A DNA stretch of 64,000 nucleotides, from assembly GCA_951406725.2 (NCBI GenBank), contig OX597818.1:145576001-145640000 (forward strand), read 5' to 3'. The position numbers were made by a program, and so were the translations under genes. The notes under the pieces were generated by a model, which was not told where the DNA came from, made no database searches, and saw nothing but the letters and a program-made list of their open reading frames with translations. Below are positions 27,905-42,917 of the stretch, in pieces (the stretch's first letter is position 1; every line of letters begins with the position of its first letter). Origin of the DNA: Octopus vulgaris (Eukaryota).

Positions 27905-28507
27905 GTGAGTGAGTGAGAAAGAGAGAGAGAGATGGGGAGAAAAAATAATATTAGACCCAACTCAGTGTTTTAATGGAAGGTAACTCTGGGCATGTTTCCG
28001 CTTATTGTGATTCGGTCAACAACGTCTAGCTACACTGCTGCATGTGGAACTTAAAGCGAACGAATCGCAAAATAAAATATTCAGACATGTGTACTTGTTG
28101 GTGTCGAAAAATTATATTATTTAGAAATTAAATAATCCTATTGTTATTTGTTGATCTTGGCATTACTGCTGTTGTCTACTTTATCGTTTTTTTTTCTTTA
28201 TTTATTATTTATCTTATTGCAATTATCATTCTAGCTAGACATCACTGAGTCGATGTCAAGCCATTTGGGCATTTCTTACACAGAAAACTATAGCCAATTA
28301 TGCTTAATGTCTCATAAACTGATCCCCAGAGTTGCTACATACACATAGTAGTGTCCTGTTATTTGTGGATATCAGGGGATGCTAGATGCATTTGGTGAGG
28401 AATTTTCTTCTTGCATTGCAGTCGTTTTTGCTTTATTTCCAATTTGGCTTGATTTCTAGTATTCTACATATACTTAGAATTTGGGTTTTACGATGTTTAC
28501 TGTTTCT

Positions 28508-28570
<63 letters not shown>

Positions 28571-28608
28571 AAGAGAGAGATATATAGATAGATAGATAGA
28601 TAGATAGA

Positions 28609-28736
<128 letters not shown>

Positions 28737-29359
28737 ATCGAAGACTGAAATTTATGTCATTACAATTCTTCAGTTCCGATCGTTTCGACACTACGTGGAA
28801 TATACATTTTATGAAGATGAACATGAATATGAATATAAACGAATTTGTAATAATAGAATATATTAATGTAAACTCATCTCCTCAAACAAAACTTTAAAAT
28901 AGTATTACAGATGCCTGTTTTCAATTTCGCTTCAATCTTTCCACCACACAAAGCAGCCTAACATCACTTTCGCTTTCTACACTTTCTAAAACACCCACTT
29001 TGTTTCATTTATTCTTTTCAAGAAAAGTAACTTAAAGTCGTATGTTTCTCTTAGTTTATATTTTAAATAACGTTAACATTTATAAAATGGAAAATAAAGA
29101 AATTTATGAGATGGAAAGTAATAAATTTGCGCAAAACTTTTAACAAAGTTTGACTAACATATCCCTTTCACATCAGTTGTAACAATTGTCAATAGCACTT
29201 CTCTAACTCAATATGTTTAGTCATGATCCATGTTATTGCAAACTTATGCGTTCATCTCGCATGAATTTTCGTATTTTCTTTTGTCAAGTACGATTTCAAA
29301 GATAACAAAATAACCCGCTTGTCCTACACTACATGCATACATACATGTTTACATATACA

Positions 29360-29464
<105 letters not shown>

Positions 29465-29944
29465 GTCTGTCTGTCTGTCTGTCTGTCTGTCAATCTATTT
29501 GTGTGTGCGTGTGTGTGTAATAGGCAAGCTTAAAACCAGCTCGAATATGTTATCGTGGATAAAAATAATTCTCACATAGTACAAAAACGTCTTTAAAAAA
29601 CGATAGTCAGCTCAGAGCGCCCTCACCTGGACTGATGCATAAATTCCGAACTCATCAGCGCTTTTAAGCATCCTATATAAAGAGAAGCAACTCTGAGCTG
29701 ATTAGATTGCTTTGCTTTCTTTATTGTAAATCAGTCAATATCATTCAATGACCGCACACATAGACTGTCAGTCCGTAATAAATTCGTGGGTTGCTGTGTG
29801 AAGCAGATATGGAAAAAGTGCAAATCTAAGACCAGTTCAAATAGGTTTCAGAGATATTTAAACACTAAAGGCTTTTCATTGCAGTTTGTCGTGGAGAAAA
29901 AATTCCCACTTTAGACCAAAAGATATATATGCATTTGTGAGAGA

Positions 29945-29994
<50 letters not shown>

Positions 29995-30462
29995 AAGAGA
30001 GAGACAGAGAGAGAGAAAAAGACAGACAGAGAGAGAGAGAGATCGTGCGTGTGTGATCGCGTGTTGATGTGTGTTCGTATGCACGTGTTTGTGTATGCGT
30101 CGCTACAAAGAGGAGCGTTACTGAAAGTGTAAAAAGTGAAAGCGATGATCAGCTGTTTGTGCAGTCAACACACTGAAACGGATCGGAAAGAAGAAAATCA
30201 TTTTCTTAGCTTTGGGTGAAAAGCGAAACATTCTTAACCTAACATTGTTACACGTCCTGCGAAACTGCACTAATCCCTAATTTACATAAAAACTACCAAT
30301 AAATAAATAAAATAAAATAGCGTGCTTAGACTTGGGTCGCATCCCATTGCTATCCCATTTTATCCATACAAATATATGATCGTTGCGAAATCTAAAAATA
30401 CCAGATACCAGGAACAGTTCCGATCGCAAGCTTTTTGGATAAACGATTGTTAACAAGTGTAT

Positions 30463-30513
<51 letters not shown>

Positions 30514-30654
30514 GTGTGTTTGTGTGTGTGGTGTGTTTGTATTCGTGTATGTATATATGTATATATATATATATTCTTTTAGTACGTTTCAGCCTTGAGG
30601 CTGTGGCCATGCTGGGGCACCGCCAGTGTTTTAAATATGGAACGCTTCAGGAAT

Positions 30655-31860
30655 TTGCGTGTCATCGCTTGTCTGTTGTTATTGACGATAATCAAGAACA
30701 TCAGATGGGAGAAGACGGGGCACTGCGTGTTTGGCTGTGGCCAATCTGTCTGATGCATACTCGAAAGGCTCTGTCGCATGTCGGGCACTGGTGGTCTGCG
30801 GGGACTAAAGACAAGGAGTTGGCTCTGGACTTGTTTTGAACTGTTCTGTTTGCAGGAGTGGCACCTCTGCTGGTGCAGCTTCGCCAGTCAGGATAGTCTA
30901 GCATTTGTGTTTCCCATCTCAAAGCTTTTGAATGAGGCTTTGAGCACGTGCTTGAAGTGCTTTTACTCTCCAACATGTGTGCGTCTGCCCTCCGCCAGTT
31001 CGCTATAAAACAGTCTCTTGAGGATGCGTGTGTCGATCATTCGAACAAAATGGATTGTCCATCTGACTTAGACACTCCGCACCGTGTAGATGCTTGGCAG
31101 ATTAGCACGAGAGAGGACCTCTGTATCTGGGACCTTGCATCCTCAGGTGATTTCGAACAGCTTTCAAACAGTTCGTTTGGAAGCAGTTTAGTTCAGGGCT
31201 TGATTTTCATAAACGATCCATGTCTCACAGGCGTCCTGGGAGTTGGCTTGCTACACAATCAGCTTGATGACCAACCTAATATCTCCTACACTCATGCAGT
31301 CACCCGAACATTGAGCTTCCCTTGGCGATGTGTATATCGTCCTCATTGTCAATTTCCACACATCTGGATAGTGTGTTGCCGAGATACTTGAACTTATCAG
31401 CAGCCTTTAGGGTTCCCCCTTCGACAGTGATAGCTAGTTCCACATACATTTTCTGCGGGGCAAGTTAGTACATGACCTCTGTCTTCTCAGTACTAATTGT
31501 GAATCCGAAATAGTTGCCTGGCAGTGGAAAAGCAGTTCATGCTCTACAGCATCTGGGCTTATGTAGCGGCGATAAGTACGCACTCGTCTGAGCTTTGTTC
31601 CCCCTTTGTCTTGGCCTGTAGCCTCCGCTAGTTTAAGAGTTTCTCATCGGTCCTACATCTGATCTTGATGTTACTTTCACCGTCACTGCAGAAGACGTGG
31701 CTGAGAACATTATGCTGAACAGCGGAGGTACGAGCATACAGTTAGAAACTGGGAACGCATCGGAAGAATCTCCGTTGTCCAGTACCCGAACGAACATGCA
31801 GTCTGCAACTGTCGCACGCACCATACTGATGGATTTATCCAGGCAGCCAAACTCTCTCCA
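30655..31860 (-). pseudogene. Decayed RTE (BovB-like) LINE fragment
   Basis: Translations VRVLDNGDSSDAFPVSN..PLFSIMFSA, KFKYLG and the C-terminal CPTCDRAF...IGH zinc knuckle. Many frameshifts. Confidence 0.85.
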
Positions 31861-32060
31861 TGATCATTCCAAAGCCCTAATTGAAAGATTTGGCAAAAAG
31901 TGTACGTATTTTTTGATTTCCCCTAGTATCTTAGCAAACGGTGTGTCGTGTCGTTCACATATTCCCAAACAATATGGACGTGGCCTATCATCACTAATAT
32001 GAGCCCCCAACTCCACCACCACCACCACCACATCCACCATCACCACAACATCCACCGTCG

Positions 32061-32101
<41 letters not shown>

Positions 32102-32226
32102 GCCACTGCTGCTACTGTTGCTACTGCCACTGGTGCTACAACTGCTACTACTATCGTCATCATCAATATCATCATTATCACGAACTAAGTAGTGTGGTGA
32201 TGGCGATGGTGATGACAGTAACGTTG

Positions 32227-32260
<34 letters not shown>

Positions 32261-32493
32261 GGACAGTAGCAGCAGCAGCAGTAGCAGTAGTAGTAGTAGT
32301 AGTAGTTGTAGTAGTGGTAGTGATGGCAGACGGTAGTAGGTATTGTTTCCTCGCAAGTCATTTTCTGATTAAACGAGCCCGTTGATGGAAGGTTTTCCAG
32401 TCGTGCCCGCCGCCCCGAGTGTGCCTGGGACCACACTATTTCAGAGGTGACGGAGACTTGATTGCAATATTTAGCAAGACGTAAAACTGCACG

Positions 32494-32696
32494 CTGGCAG
32501 AATCGTTAACAAGCCGGGCAAACGGCTTAAGGCTCTTCGTCCGTCCTTACGTCCTGAGTTCAAATTCCGCCGAGGCCAACCTGGGCTTTTTTATCCTTTC
32601 GAGGTCGATAAATTAAGTACCAGTTGAGCACTGGGGTCAACGTAATCGACTTATCCTTCCCCCCGAAATGACTGGCCTTCTGCCAAAATTTGAAAC
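32494..32696 (+). mobile_element. SINE family A copy
   Basis: ctggcagaatcgtt..., gagttcaaattccgccgagg and core tcctttcgaggtcgataaattaagtaccag. Confidence 0.85.
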
Positions 32697-32848
32697 TAGT
32701 GTTTAGCAAGTCGAGCGATAATGTTGAGTCACGTTTAATGACTCGAGTTATTACGGAAAGTGGTAAAAGATGAGCAGTGAGTGGAAGTTGGGGTAAGATG
32801 AGTACTACTCCTGCCATTGCAACCACCACTGCAACAACAACAACAACA

Positions 32849-32912
<64 letters not shown>

Positions 32913-32915
32913 TCC

Positions 32916-33004
<89 letters not shown>

Positions 33005-33039
33005 ACTACTATTGCTACTACTGCTACTACTGACCAGTC

Positions 33040-33607
33040 GGTACAAATACTAAAGACAGCAGCAAATTCTTTCTAAATTAATATTCTACCGTCTCAGACA
33101 AACGAGAACTGATTGGTTCTGATTGGTTCTGGAGTAACTCTGCAAAAAAACAAAAACAAAACAAAACCAAAGAATCGACGAGAAGATCTCAACTGGAACG
33201 CCTTTGATCAATTAGGGTTTGTGCAGCCAGATTTGAGTTCAATGTGAATCAACAATAAACACAATTACTATGACTACGGAGAAACTGAGCATGGTCACTG
33301 AACATGCTAGAAATAGCAGCCAAAGTCCGTTGAATTACACCATAGTCCTAGAAGACAGAACGACAGGAATGAGTTTCGTCATGAGTCTTGCTCGATCTGG
33401 GTTGACCTGTGGTCACAAAAGCAACTATAACTGGGAGCCTCTCACAGTTACTCAAATTGCTGGAAATAGCAGCCATATCTGCCTTAATATACTATCGAAA
33501 AAAACACTGAACAATGCATTGGATAATGGAGTCCTAGATACACTTGTGCGATATAACCATGACTGAATCACTTTTGCTCCGCTAGACAAAGCTGACACGC
33601 GGCTAAA

Positions 33608-33610
<3 letters not shown>
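33040..33610 (-). mobile_element. Cluster of old degenerate interspersed repeat (family C) copies
   Basis: Recurrent agaaatagcagccaa...tcctagata...gcctttgatca...ggctaaac motifs. Other copies near 8570-8760, 12840-13050, 23930/27282, 60580-60770 and 60915-61125. Confidence 0.6.
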
Positions 33611-33642
<32 letters not shown>

Positions 33643-33668
33643 ACAACTACTACTACTACTACTACTAC

Positions 33669-33708
<40 letters not shown>

Positions 33709-33754
33709 TCTGCCACTGCCGACCACCACTACGACCACTATTACTACTACGTGT

Positions 33755-33788
<34 letters not shown>

Positions 33789-33795
33789 CAGCAGC

Positions 33796-33869
<74 letters not shown>

Positions 33870-33900
33870 TAGTAGCAGCAGCAGCAGCAGCAGTAGTAGC

Positions 33901-33934
<34 letters not shown>

Positions 33935-34044
33935 CTGCTACAATAGTTTAGTGTTGATTTTATCGCTTGTCTGTGTTAAAGTGAACAGACTGTGTTAAAT
34001 CTTTAAATATTACAACACGGTTTCAAACTCCGCCAGGTGTACAC

Positions 34045-34129
<85 letters not shown>

Positions 34130-34173
34130 TATCTATCAATCTATCTATCTCTCTCTCTCTCTCTTTCTCTATC

Positions 34174-34227
<54 letters not shown>

Positions 34228-34286
34228 CAAATATATATATACATACATATATATATACATATATATATACCTATATATATATATAC

Positions 34287-34368
<82 letters not shown>

Positions 34369-35240
34369 TCAATATAGGGTGGCAAAAAATTTTGTAGAAT
34401 TTTTTTGCCACCAGTATAGGTATATATATATATATATACCTATACCTGTCCCTATCTGAGCAATATTGCAAAGAAGTGACGCGGTTAGGTAGGGGCAATG
34501 CTGGTGTCTGTCATGTCACAAACTATCTAATCAACAACAATTAATAAACGAATAATACAGTATTTCTATCGTCGCCAACATCACCATCATACAGTCATCG
34601 TAAATACTATTGTTGTTTCCTTTGTCGTCTTCTCGTCACCAGCTTAGCAGCCTGGATCTCTTCACTGATCTACGGCTTCGAACTACTAAAATCTATCTAC
34701 ACAATGCTCTCTCTTCTATGCTTGCGACGGTGTTTACACACACGATCTATCATTTATACATACATACGTACTACATTCATTCATTCATTCATTCATTCAT
34801 ACATACATGCATACATACATACGTACATACATACATACGTACATACAAAAAGACAGACAAACAGACAAGCAGGCAGGCAGACAAGCACATATGCACTTAC
34901 ATATATACGAACGAAGAAGCTAATGATTAAACTCTGGTGCAGATTCTGTTCGATAATAATAACAATAATTCTCACTAGGATTCTTCTACGTGATTTCAAA
35001 TTCGCTATCACGAAATTTCAAATGCCAAATATAACACAATGATGTTGTTGAATTCTTATTTGCTCAATATGTGAATAGCACAGAATAGTTTGAAATAAGG
35101 TAGCTTCATTCGACGTTGAAACATACCAATGAAGCCTTTATGCACTGTGATGCGGTCTGATTGAAAAAGAGCTGACTTTTGCTCCATATATTATCACTCT
35201 GCATTACATTGGCTGGTCGAGTGCACATGCAGAAACATAT

Positions 35241-35290
<50 letters not shown>

Positions 35291-35564
35291 ACATATGTAA
35301 TACATATAGAGTGGCGGACTGGCCGGGTTGCCAGCTTGCCCGATGGGAAGAGGGCCCCTGCGCCATTAGAATCCATATATAAATTCTAATTTGAAATTTT
35401 TTTATTCACTCCTGGAAGAATGCTTTAATTAATTCAGCCTGACTGTGATTGTAGACAGTTGAAAATAATACTTTTCACAAAAAAAAAGAATTAAATAACA
35501 TCATTGTAGTATATATATATATATTAGACACACACATATATATACAGTGAGAGAGAGAATGAGA

Positions 35565-35613
<49 letters not shown>

Positions 35614-35621
35614 ACATTATC

Positions 35622-35694
<73 letters not shown>

Positions 35695-35886
35695 TGTGTG
35701 TGTATGTGTGAGTGTGTGTGCATTATCTTTTACCTGTTTGAGTCATTAGACTGTGGCAATGTTGGGGCACCACCTTGAACAATTCCTAGTCTAATCAACC
35801 AGCCCCAGTATCTAGCCTGCAAGTTGTTCTATCGGTTACACTTACCGAAAAGTTAAATTAGGTGGACGTATACTCACCAACAGCGG

Positions 35887-35968
35887 TTCAAAGCCTTGTG
35901 AGTGAATTTGGTGGACGGAAACTGAAAGAAGCTCGTCGTATATATATATATATATATATGTGTTTGTG

Positions 35969-36015
<47 letters not shown>

Positions 36016-36228
36016 CTGTGTATATGTTTGTGAGTCTGTGTTTGTTCCTTCAACATCGCTTGACAACCGATGCTGGTGTGTTTACGTCCCCGTAACTAGC
36101 GGTTCGGCAAAATAGCCAATGGAATAAGTACTAGGCTTACAAGGTATAAGTCCTGGGGTCGTTTCTCTCGACTAAAGGCGGTACCCCAGCACGGCCGCAG
36201 TCAAATGACTGAAACAAGTAAAAGAATA
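35887..36228 (+). mobile_element. SINE family B, 5'-truncated
   Basis: Reverse complement of the body and tail of 38805-39090, with an internal (TG)n tract. Confidence 0.85.
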
Positions 36229-36310
36229 TAGTATAAAAGGGATAAATTATCCTGGCGGATACCGTATTATCTTTCAAATTGCTACAGATGCCGGCTACCC
36301 ATAACGGTTC

Positions 36311-36394
<84 letters not shown>

Positions 36395-36396
<2 letters not shown>

Positions 36397-36830
36397 ATCT
36401 TTTCGATTTGAACGGCAGTTTTTAAAAATAATTTCCACGTAACTAAACACTTTTAAACTTCGTATACTGGAAGAATATGTTTATAAAACATCTGTTTCTC
36501 TTGGCTTTATTCAGAAAATTCTATAGTTTGTAAGACATCTGTTGTTGTTTTTTTTCTTCAATTTCTGCAATTTCAACCAATCAATGACGTCTATTGAAGG
36601 TGAAAACATTCTGTGCCCTATGAATATGTCCCTCATTTAAGAAACAGATTGGGTTTATTTACATTTCTGAAGAAAAAGGATACCTTTCCCCCCACCTCTA
36701 ACCCTAACCCTAACTAACCCTAACCCTAAAACAGATTGAAATGCAATAGATCGATACAAGGGTCATAATTATGGGTGACAATTTCATATGACACCGCTAG
36801 AAAAAACTGCCGTTCAAACCGAAAAGATCC
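36395..36830. mobile_element. MITE with ~28-bp TIRs and internal (CCCTAA) repeats
   Basis: ggatcttttcgatttgaacggcagtttt ... aaaactgccgttcaaaccgaaaagatcc, flanked by ATAT. Confidence 0.9.
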
Positions 36831-36835
36831 ATATT

Positions 36836-36880
<45 letters not shown>

Positions 36881-37934
36881 ATAGGTCTCCGAAAATTACC
36901 GTGGACTTCATCATTGTTGGCCCAATCTCAAACTTAGCTAAACCTCAATGTCCACAAACTAACAACAATAGCATCAGTGCTTCAGAATCTTACAATTAAG
37001 GGTGAGCAAATGTATTTATTTCCATATGGTACCCATTTACAGTTAGCTGTGTTGGGCCTGCCCATGAACAAAGCACTGAAGCTCAGATAGCAGTTATTAG
37101 CGGCAACGATAACTATTTGTAATGCAGATTTGTGTGTGTGTATGCATGCATGAGTACATGTATCTATGTGTATGTGTGTGTAACTGTTTGTGTGTATATA
37201 TCTGTGCATGTGTATAGGTATGAAGTGTGACTAGCTTCGTCATAAATTCATGTCTTATATGTTATAGATATCTTATTCCGATCTTTGGTGCATACGTATA
37301 TGTAGTGGCACACACACACACACAGAGACGGACACACACACACACACATAAACCTGACTAAGCATACTGATATACACTGAGATACGCGCACACACAAGCA
37401 CACGCACGCTCGCGCACACATATGCCCACAAATACTCACGCATTCATAAACGTATCCATAGAAAGAGGTGCATACAATCATATGCGCACGTACACATACA
37501 CAGACATACAAGCAAGTACATGTCAACACACACACACACACACAGACACACACACAAGTACATGTCAGCACACACACACACACACATTACACATAACAGT
37601 TTTGCGTTCTATATATCTCACCTATGGTTTTCCTTCTCTTCTATTCGCTTCCATACGTTTCTATCTTTTCTCTCTATCTCCTGATCGCACTCACCTATGA
37701 TTGCATTCACCTACGATTGCATATAATTATGTATGTCTATGTCTGACCGTGCATGCACATTGATGTGTTGTGCTAACCTACTTTCGTTCAGTGTGAGGTT
37801 TCGTATTATGCGTATGACAAAACGCAGTGTTAATCTAAAATTCAGGCATATACATACATACACACATATATGCTTATATATATATATATATTGATACTTG
37901 TCTGCGTGTGTATGCATATATATGTATGTATATG

Positions 37935-38006
<72 letters not shown>

Positions 38007-38102
38007 ATCCAAACAAAAATACTCAAAGAGAAAACATAACAACGCGAGGACGTGGAACAAGCACAGTGTAATTGGACGCTCAGGAAATGAAATTAAGAAG
38101 GA

Positions 38103-38136
38103 TTGAACGTTTCGAGCGGAGCTCTTCGTCAGAAAC
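38103..38136 (-). ncRNA. Minimal type I hammerhead motif (stem I decayed)
   Basis: Minus strand: gttt-CTGACGA-a-gagc-tcc-gctc-GAAA-cg-TT-caat. Palindromic AACGTT stem III. Confidence 0.6.
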
Positions 38137-38230
38137 ATAGAAAAAAAGAGTTAGGGAGTACGGAGGAAAAAATATCCCCAACGATACACACTCGGTCACA
38201 TTTTGAATGTGACCGCGTGTGTACATATAT

Positions 38231-38269
<39 letters not shown>

Positions 38270-38449
38270 AGAGTAGGCACATGAATGTGAAACAAGGTGG
38301 AGAACAGTTTATCGAATACCAGAGGTGTTTTATGCTTTATTAATAAAGCTGCAAAGACATCACAAAACTGTTACTCAGAGTTTCACGCTTCCATTATCAA
38401 TATAGTGTTTATGTATGTATGTATGTATGTATGTATGTACGTATGTACG

Positions 38450-38501
<52 letters not shown>

Positions 38502-38502
38502 A

Positions 38503-38739
38503 GGCAAATGGTTCAGTGGTCGGACTTACGGTCTTGAGGTTGTCAGTTCGATTCCCAGACCGGAGTGTGTGTTGTGTTCTTTATTTCACGTTACTCCAGG
38601 TCACTCGGCTGTAGAAATCGAGCCGAACTTTATCGGCTTTTGCCTTTTTCTTAGACAACGTCGGTAGCGTGGAGAGAGTCTATGGGCGACTACTGGTCTT
38701 CCACAAACAAATTTAACCGGACTTGACCGAAGGGGATAT

Positions 38740-38740
<1 letters not shown>
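38503..38740 (+). mobile_element. Degenerate tRNA-derived SINE (third family)
   Basis: A-box-like tggttcagtggt and B-box agttcgattcc. Flanked by (TA)n. Confidence 0.55.
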
Positions 38741-38804
<64 letters not shown>

Positions 38805-38808
<4 letters not shown>

Positions 38809-39198
38809 CTTGTTTCAGTCATTTTTACTGCAGCCATGCTGGAGCACCGCCTTTAATTGAGCAACACGACCCCGGGACTTATTCTTTGTAAGCTCAGTAC
38901 TTATTCTATTGGTCTCTTTTGCCGAACCGCTAAGTGACGGGGACATAAACACACCAACATCGGTTGCCAAGCAATGCTAGGGCAACCAATGCTAGGGCGA
39001 CAAACATACACGCACACACATATATATATACATATATATGACGGGCTTCATTCAGTTCCGTCTACCAAATCCACTCACAAGGCTTTGGTCAGCCCGAAGC
39101 TATAGTAGAAGACACTTGCGCAAGGTGCCACGCAGTGGGACTGAACCCGGAACCATGTGGTTGGTAAACAAGCTACTTACCACACAGCCACTCCTGCG

Positions 39199-39201
<3 letters not shown>
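38805..39201 (-). mobile_element. Full-length tRNA-derived SINE family B
   Basis: Minus-strand head aggcgcaggagTGGCTGTGTGG...GGTTCAGTCCC (A and B boxes), central CA/TA tract, tail ending gactgaaacaagtaaa. Flanked by (TA)n. Confidence 0.9.
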
Positions 39202-39276
<75 letters not shown>

Positions 39277-39436
39277 TTAATTAGAATCATGAGTTCGACA
39301 AAAGACGTCCTGTTTTTGACATCAATTAAAGGCTTCAAAAATGCGTCAATTTGCATGTATGCTTCTACGTATATACCTTTTATGGCTCTGTATGTGTACA
39401 GAGAGAAATAAATACTTTTATATAGGTAGATAGCTT

Positions 39437-39533
<97 letters not shown>

Positions 39534-39834
39534 GAATATGTTCCTGCTAGCCTTTTTGAACATGTTTGTATGCATACACATCCCCGTCCACAAACCGACG
39601 TTGTGAATTCACTTCCATATACCTTCTCTTCACCAACCCTCGCCACCTATGCTATGAGCTGTCGTTTTATCAAACTGAGCTGTGCTGATTTTACTTGAGA
39701 ATTACATGTACGTGGAATGCTCAACCATTTTGTATACTAATTCAATGAACAGATCATTAAGTTGATCAAACATGTAACAGGACACTGATTCGTTGAAATC
39801 AACGAGAGAGTCCATCATATGTATGTAAATGTAT

Positions 39835-40282
39835 CTGATGTACTCGTCTTAGAACGACTCCGATCGAGCTTATTATCGAAGACAAATCAACTGTAACCAT
39901 ATCGTATTTCCGGAACTGCGTAAGGCAACATGATCTAATGCATCCGATCCGGATATAAGACTGTGGCGGTGGGATATGAGGAAAATATGGGGATTACTTC
40001 TAATTATTATAAATCTTCCACTGAGGAAAGAGCCAGTTTCCAACAAAATACAGGGCTCCATCTTTGGGATATAGTTAACAGGCAAATTCACCTTTAGAAC
40101 TTGAGAAAAGTCTTGTATCTTTTTACTCATCCACTCACAGATTTCACTTGTAATGTACGAATTAGCCGGTCGGTTTCTCTTTCTGAAACTCTCAGTTTAT
40201 CCAGATTCTCCTTTAAGCATTTACTAACAAACCCTAGCGCTCCGATTATTATTGGTATGACTATGAATTCATAGTCTGGATA
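39835..40282 (-). mobile_element. 3' fragment of R4/Dong-type element (divergent subfamily)
   Basis: Minus strand reads YPDYEFIVIPIIIGALG/VSKCLKENLDKL..RLIRTLQVKSVSG*VK..KTFLKF, homologous to the C-terminus at 17490-17680. gtat-type flanks. Confidence 0.75.
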
Positions 40283-40429
40283 TATGTATGTGTGTATGTA
40301 TTTATAAGGTACTTATTTTATAGATTACTGTAAAGAGGTTGAATGAAACCAATATCAATGCAATTTGAAGCAAAAACAAATAAATAGCTAATGTTATATA
40401 AGTTAGACAGATTTGAAGCTCATATAAAA

Positions 40430-41190
40430 GGGTTGAATAAAACTATATGCAAATTAATGCCAGAAAATTCAAAGCATTTCGCTATCAGCTTTCTGACACA
40501 TAGAAACCAGCATGCATAACCGAAGATATATTGCAAACCCAGAATAACAATCAGTGTGTGACCTGGGGAGCGGATTGAGTCATGATGCAGTGTTGGCTTC
40601 GTGTGGATAGACTAAAATCAAAGAAGACTGGCAGCCATGTTGATTGTAAGGTGAATGTTTGTTCTTAACATTGTCAAACTGAAATCGAAGCAGAAATCGA
40701 AGCAATCCAAAACTACATCGACAATATTAACACATTGTTAGCAGAGGAGTGAACAAGTGAGGTCGAAAACATGAAGATTTTGTCTCCCGGGTCCAAAGGT
40801 GAGAAGGACAGGCAATGATATATATGTGGAAGATCATAAATTTGGTATTAAGAACTATATCAGTCCTTGAGCTGCACGCCACTGCGTAGTGCCGAAGATC
40901 ATATTTTCTCAATTCAGAATTAGGATTAATAGCTTAGAGTGAAAAGGTTTCCAACTTTGAAATATCCTTCCAGAAAAAATATTTGGATATCTAAATGGAA
41001 TTTATGCAAACATATTCAAGCAACATTTGGACATTATACTTCTGAAGATTCCAACTGCTTCGATATCACAGTAAGAGCCATATATATATGGACAGCGAAA
41101 CACCTTCATTCATCCAAACCTAGTTCAGAGAAGATTTCAGCAACAGCAGTGGTGATGTCCCAGCAAGGCTGCAAAGCACTGGCTGAACTG
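40430..41190 (+). pseudogene. Highly decayed CR1-like LINE fragment
   Basis: Remnant peptides MQINARKFKAFRY, SVCDLG..SHDA, IYMWKII and RHCVVPK resemble the post-RT region of CR1-group elements. Confidence 0.55.
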
Positions 41191-41734
41191 GTAACATTAT
41201 AAAACAGAATGCATACACACAGTTACGCATGCACATAATCATTTCTGTAAGCATAGGTATAAACACATAACCATATGCATAGGAGTGCGTATGCATGTGT
41301 AAATATATTGTAAATTGTGGTTTAGTATTTATTCGAAGACACACATAAATCCCATATGTATGTGTGTGAGCGCATGCGTGCGAGAAATCACATTTCTTTT
41401 CTACAAAGGTACTCTCTTCAACTTCCATTTTTTCTTTTCGTTATCTATGATCCTTCGTTCTTCTGTGATGATTAGCATATTCATTTCGTCTCAGTTCGTC
41501 GTGACACGTCATACCATTCGTACTTTTTCAATTATAGAGGAGCTGGGATTTTCTTTGCCTTCATAATACTTGCGCTTCCGCTATGAAAGATGAGAAAAGT
41601 TCTACAGATAGTTCACCAACAAGCTTATATTCAAGACTTCTCAAGTGATGAAAAATATTTCGCCAGTGTCACATGTTACATACATACAGACACGCGCACA
41701 TATGCGCATACATATACATGTATGCACTCATACA

Positions 41735-41781
<47 letters not shown>

Positions 41782-41982
41782 TTTAATTTCTATTATTATA
41801 TATCTTGTATATTTCTACATAAATATATTATAGTCATGACCCCACTGCACGATATACTGACGTGGAATACACGGTATATATTTTCCATATTAAAATGCAT
41901 GTAATACTAAAGGGCATGTACCTGATGGATTTGGAAATTCGTTTCCCCACATTATTAGAATGAAATGAAGTATTAACGTCAT

Positions 41983-42917
41983 TACATTTAAGAACTTTTC
42001 AAGCTGTTCAGAGTGTTTGTACCTCTGCTAAAAGGAGGAAGTCCAATTTCCTTTATATACAGAAATATAGTTTCAGGTGAGGACTGTGAATGTGTAACGT
42101 AAAATAAATAGCGTGAGACAGTCACGTGACATTTTAAGGCCAATTATGACAGTGATGTGAGGTGACCTGCTCGGTCTATTGTCTCTGTATTGAGTTCTCT
42201 TTGATATCCGTAAGAATTGGCCATGTGATCAGAAAGGAATGGGACAGCTTGACAACATTTATTTTATTCTCAGAACAGTGCTCACCTGTTCACTTACCAA
42301 AAGTTTGACTTAACAGCGGTGCTGCCCTTCTGACCACGTAACCCAGGGTTTCTCAACTGTCTTTTATCTATGGACTCCTTTGACCATTATTTTATTTCGG
42401 TGGATCCCCATAGCCAATCGGTGTTTGAAAACTAGTTTTATAGAAACTTCTTTCGAAATTTCAATTTTGTTTTTCAGATATTAACTTCTGTAGGTTGGGC
42501 TTTGTAACATGTTAGGGAGATAAAAAAAAACCCTGACTGTTTCTTGCAATACATACCACTGCATACATCTAAGGCAAATTCTTTCAGGGGTCCTTGACTA
42601 TTTTTGTTGTGTGCGCCCCAAAACTCTTATAGGGACCCTCAGGAGCCATATGTATCCCGGTTGAGAACCACTAACGTAACTCAATCCCACGAACACCAGA
42701 GGGAACAAAATGCACGGAAAATAGAATAAGCGTGTCATTTGACATCACAGAATAGTTGGTCCAAAAATGTCACGTGACTGCCTCACTCTATTCAATTCGC
42801 ACCACACAATCACAATTCTCACCTAAGCCTACTTTCCTGTATATAAAGGAAATTAGACTTCCTCTCTTTAGCTGGAGTTCAAGCATTCTTGAGCGCTGGA
42901 GTAAGTCTTAAATAGTA
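41983..42917. mobile_element. Old MITE with ~170-bp diverged TIRs
   Basis: 41987-42160 is an imperfect inverted repeat of 42740-42912 (e.g. aatttcctttatatacag / ctgtatataaaggaaatt). Confidence 0.8.
42344..42673. mobile_element. Nested hAT (Charlie-like) non-autonomous element with 8-bp TSD
   Basis: Ends CAGGGTTTCTCAAC...GTTGAGAACCACTA. TSD acgtaacc (42336-42343) / acgtaact (42674-42681). Confidence 0.85.

Noticed and set aside
29606-29703. CTGATGA inside an inverted repeat (cagctcagag/ctctgagctg)
   Set aside because: No GAAA-stem III-UH arrangement.
38367-38406. Hammerhead relic (ttgataa..GAAA-ctctgag-TA-acagt) as a functional ribozyme
   Set aside because: The core register is ambiguous and stem I is mismatched. 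Kept only as supporting evidence for the family pattern.
39110-39201. tRNA gene
   Set aside because: The A and B boxes belong to a SINE head continuing into a repeated body. No complete cloverleaf.
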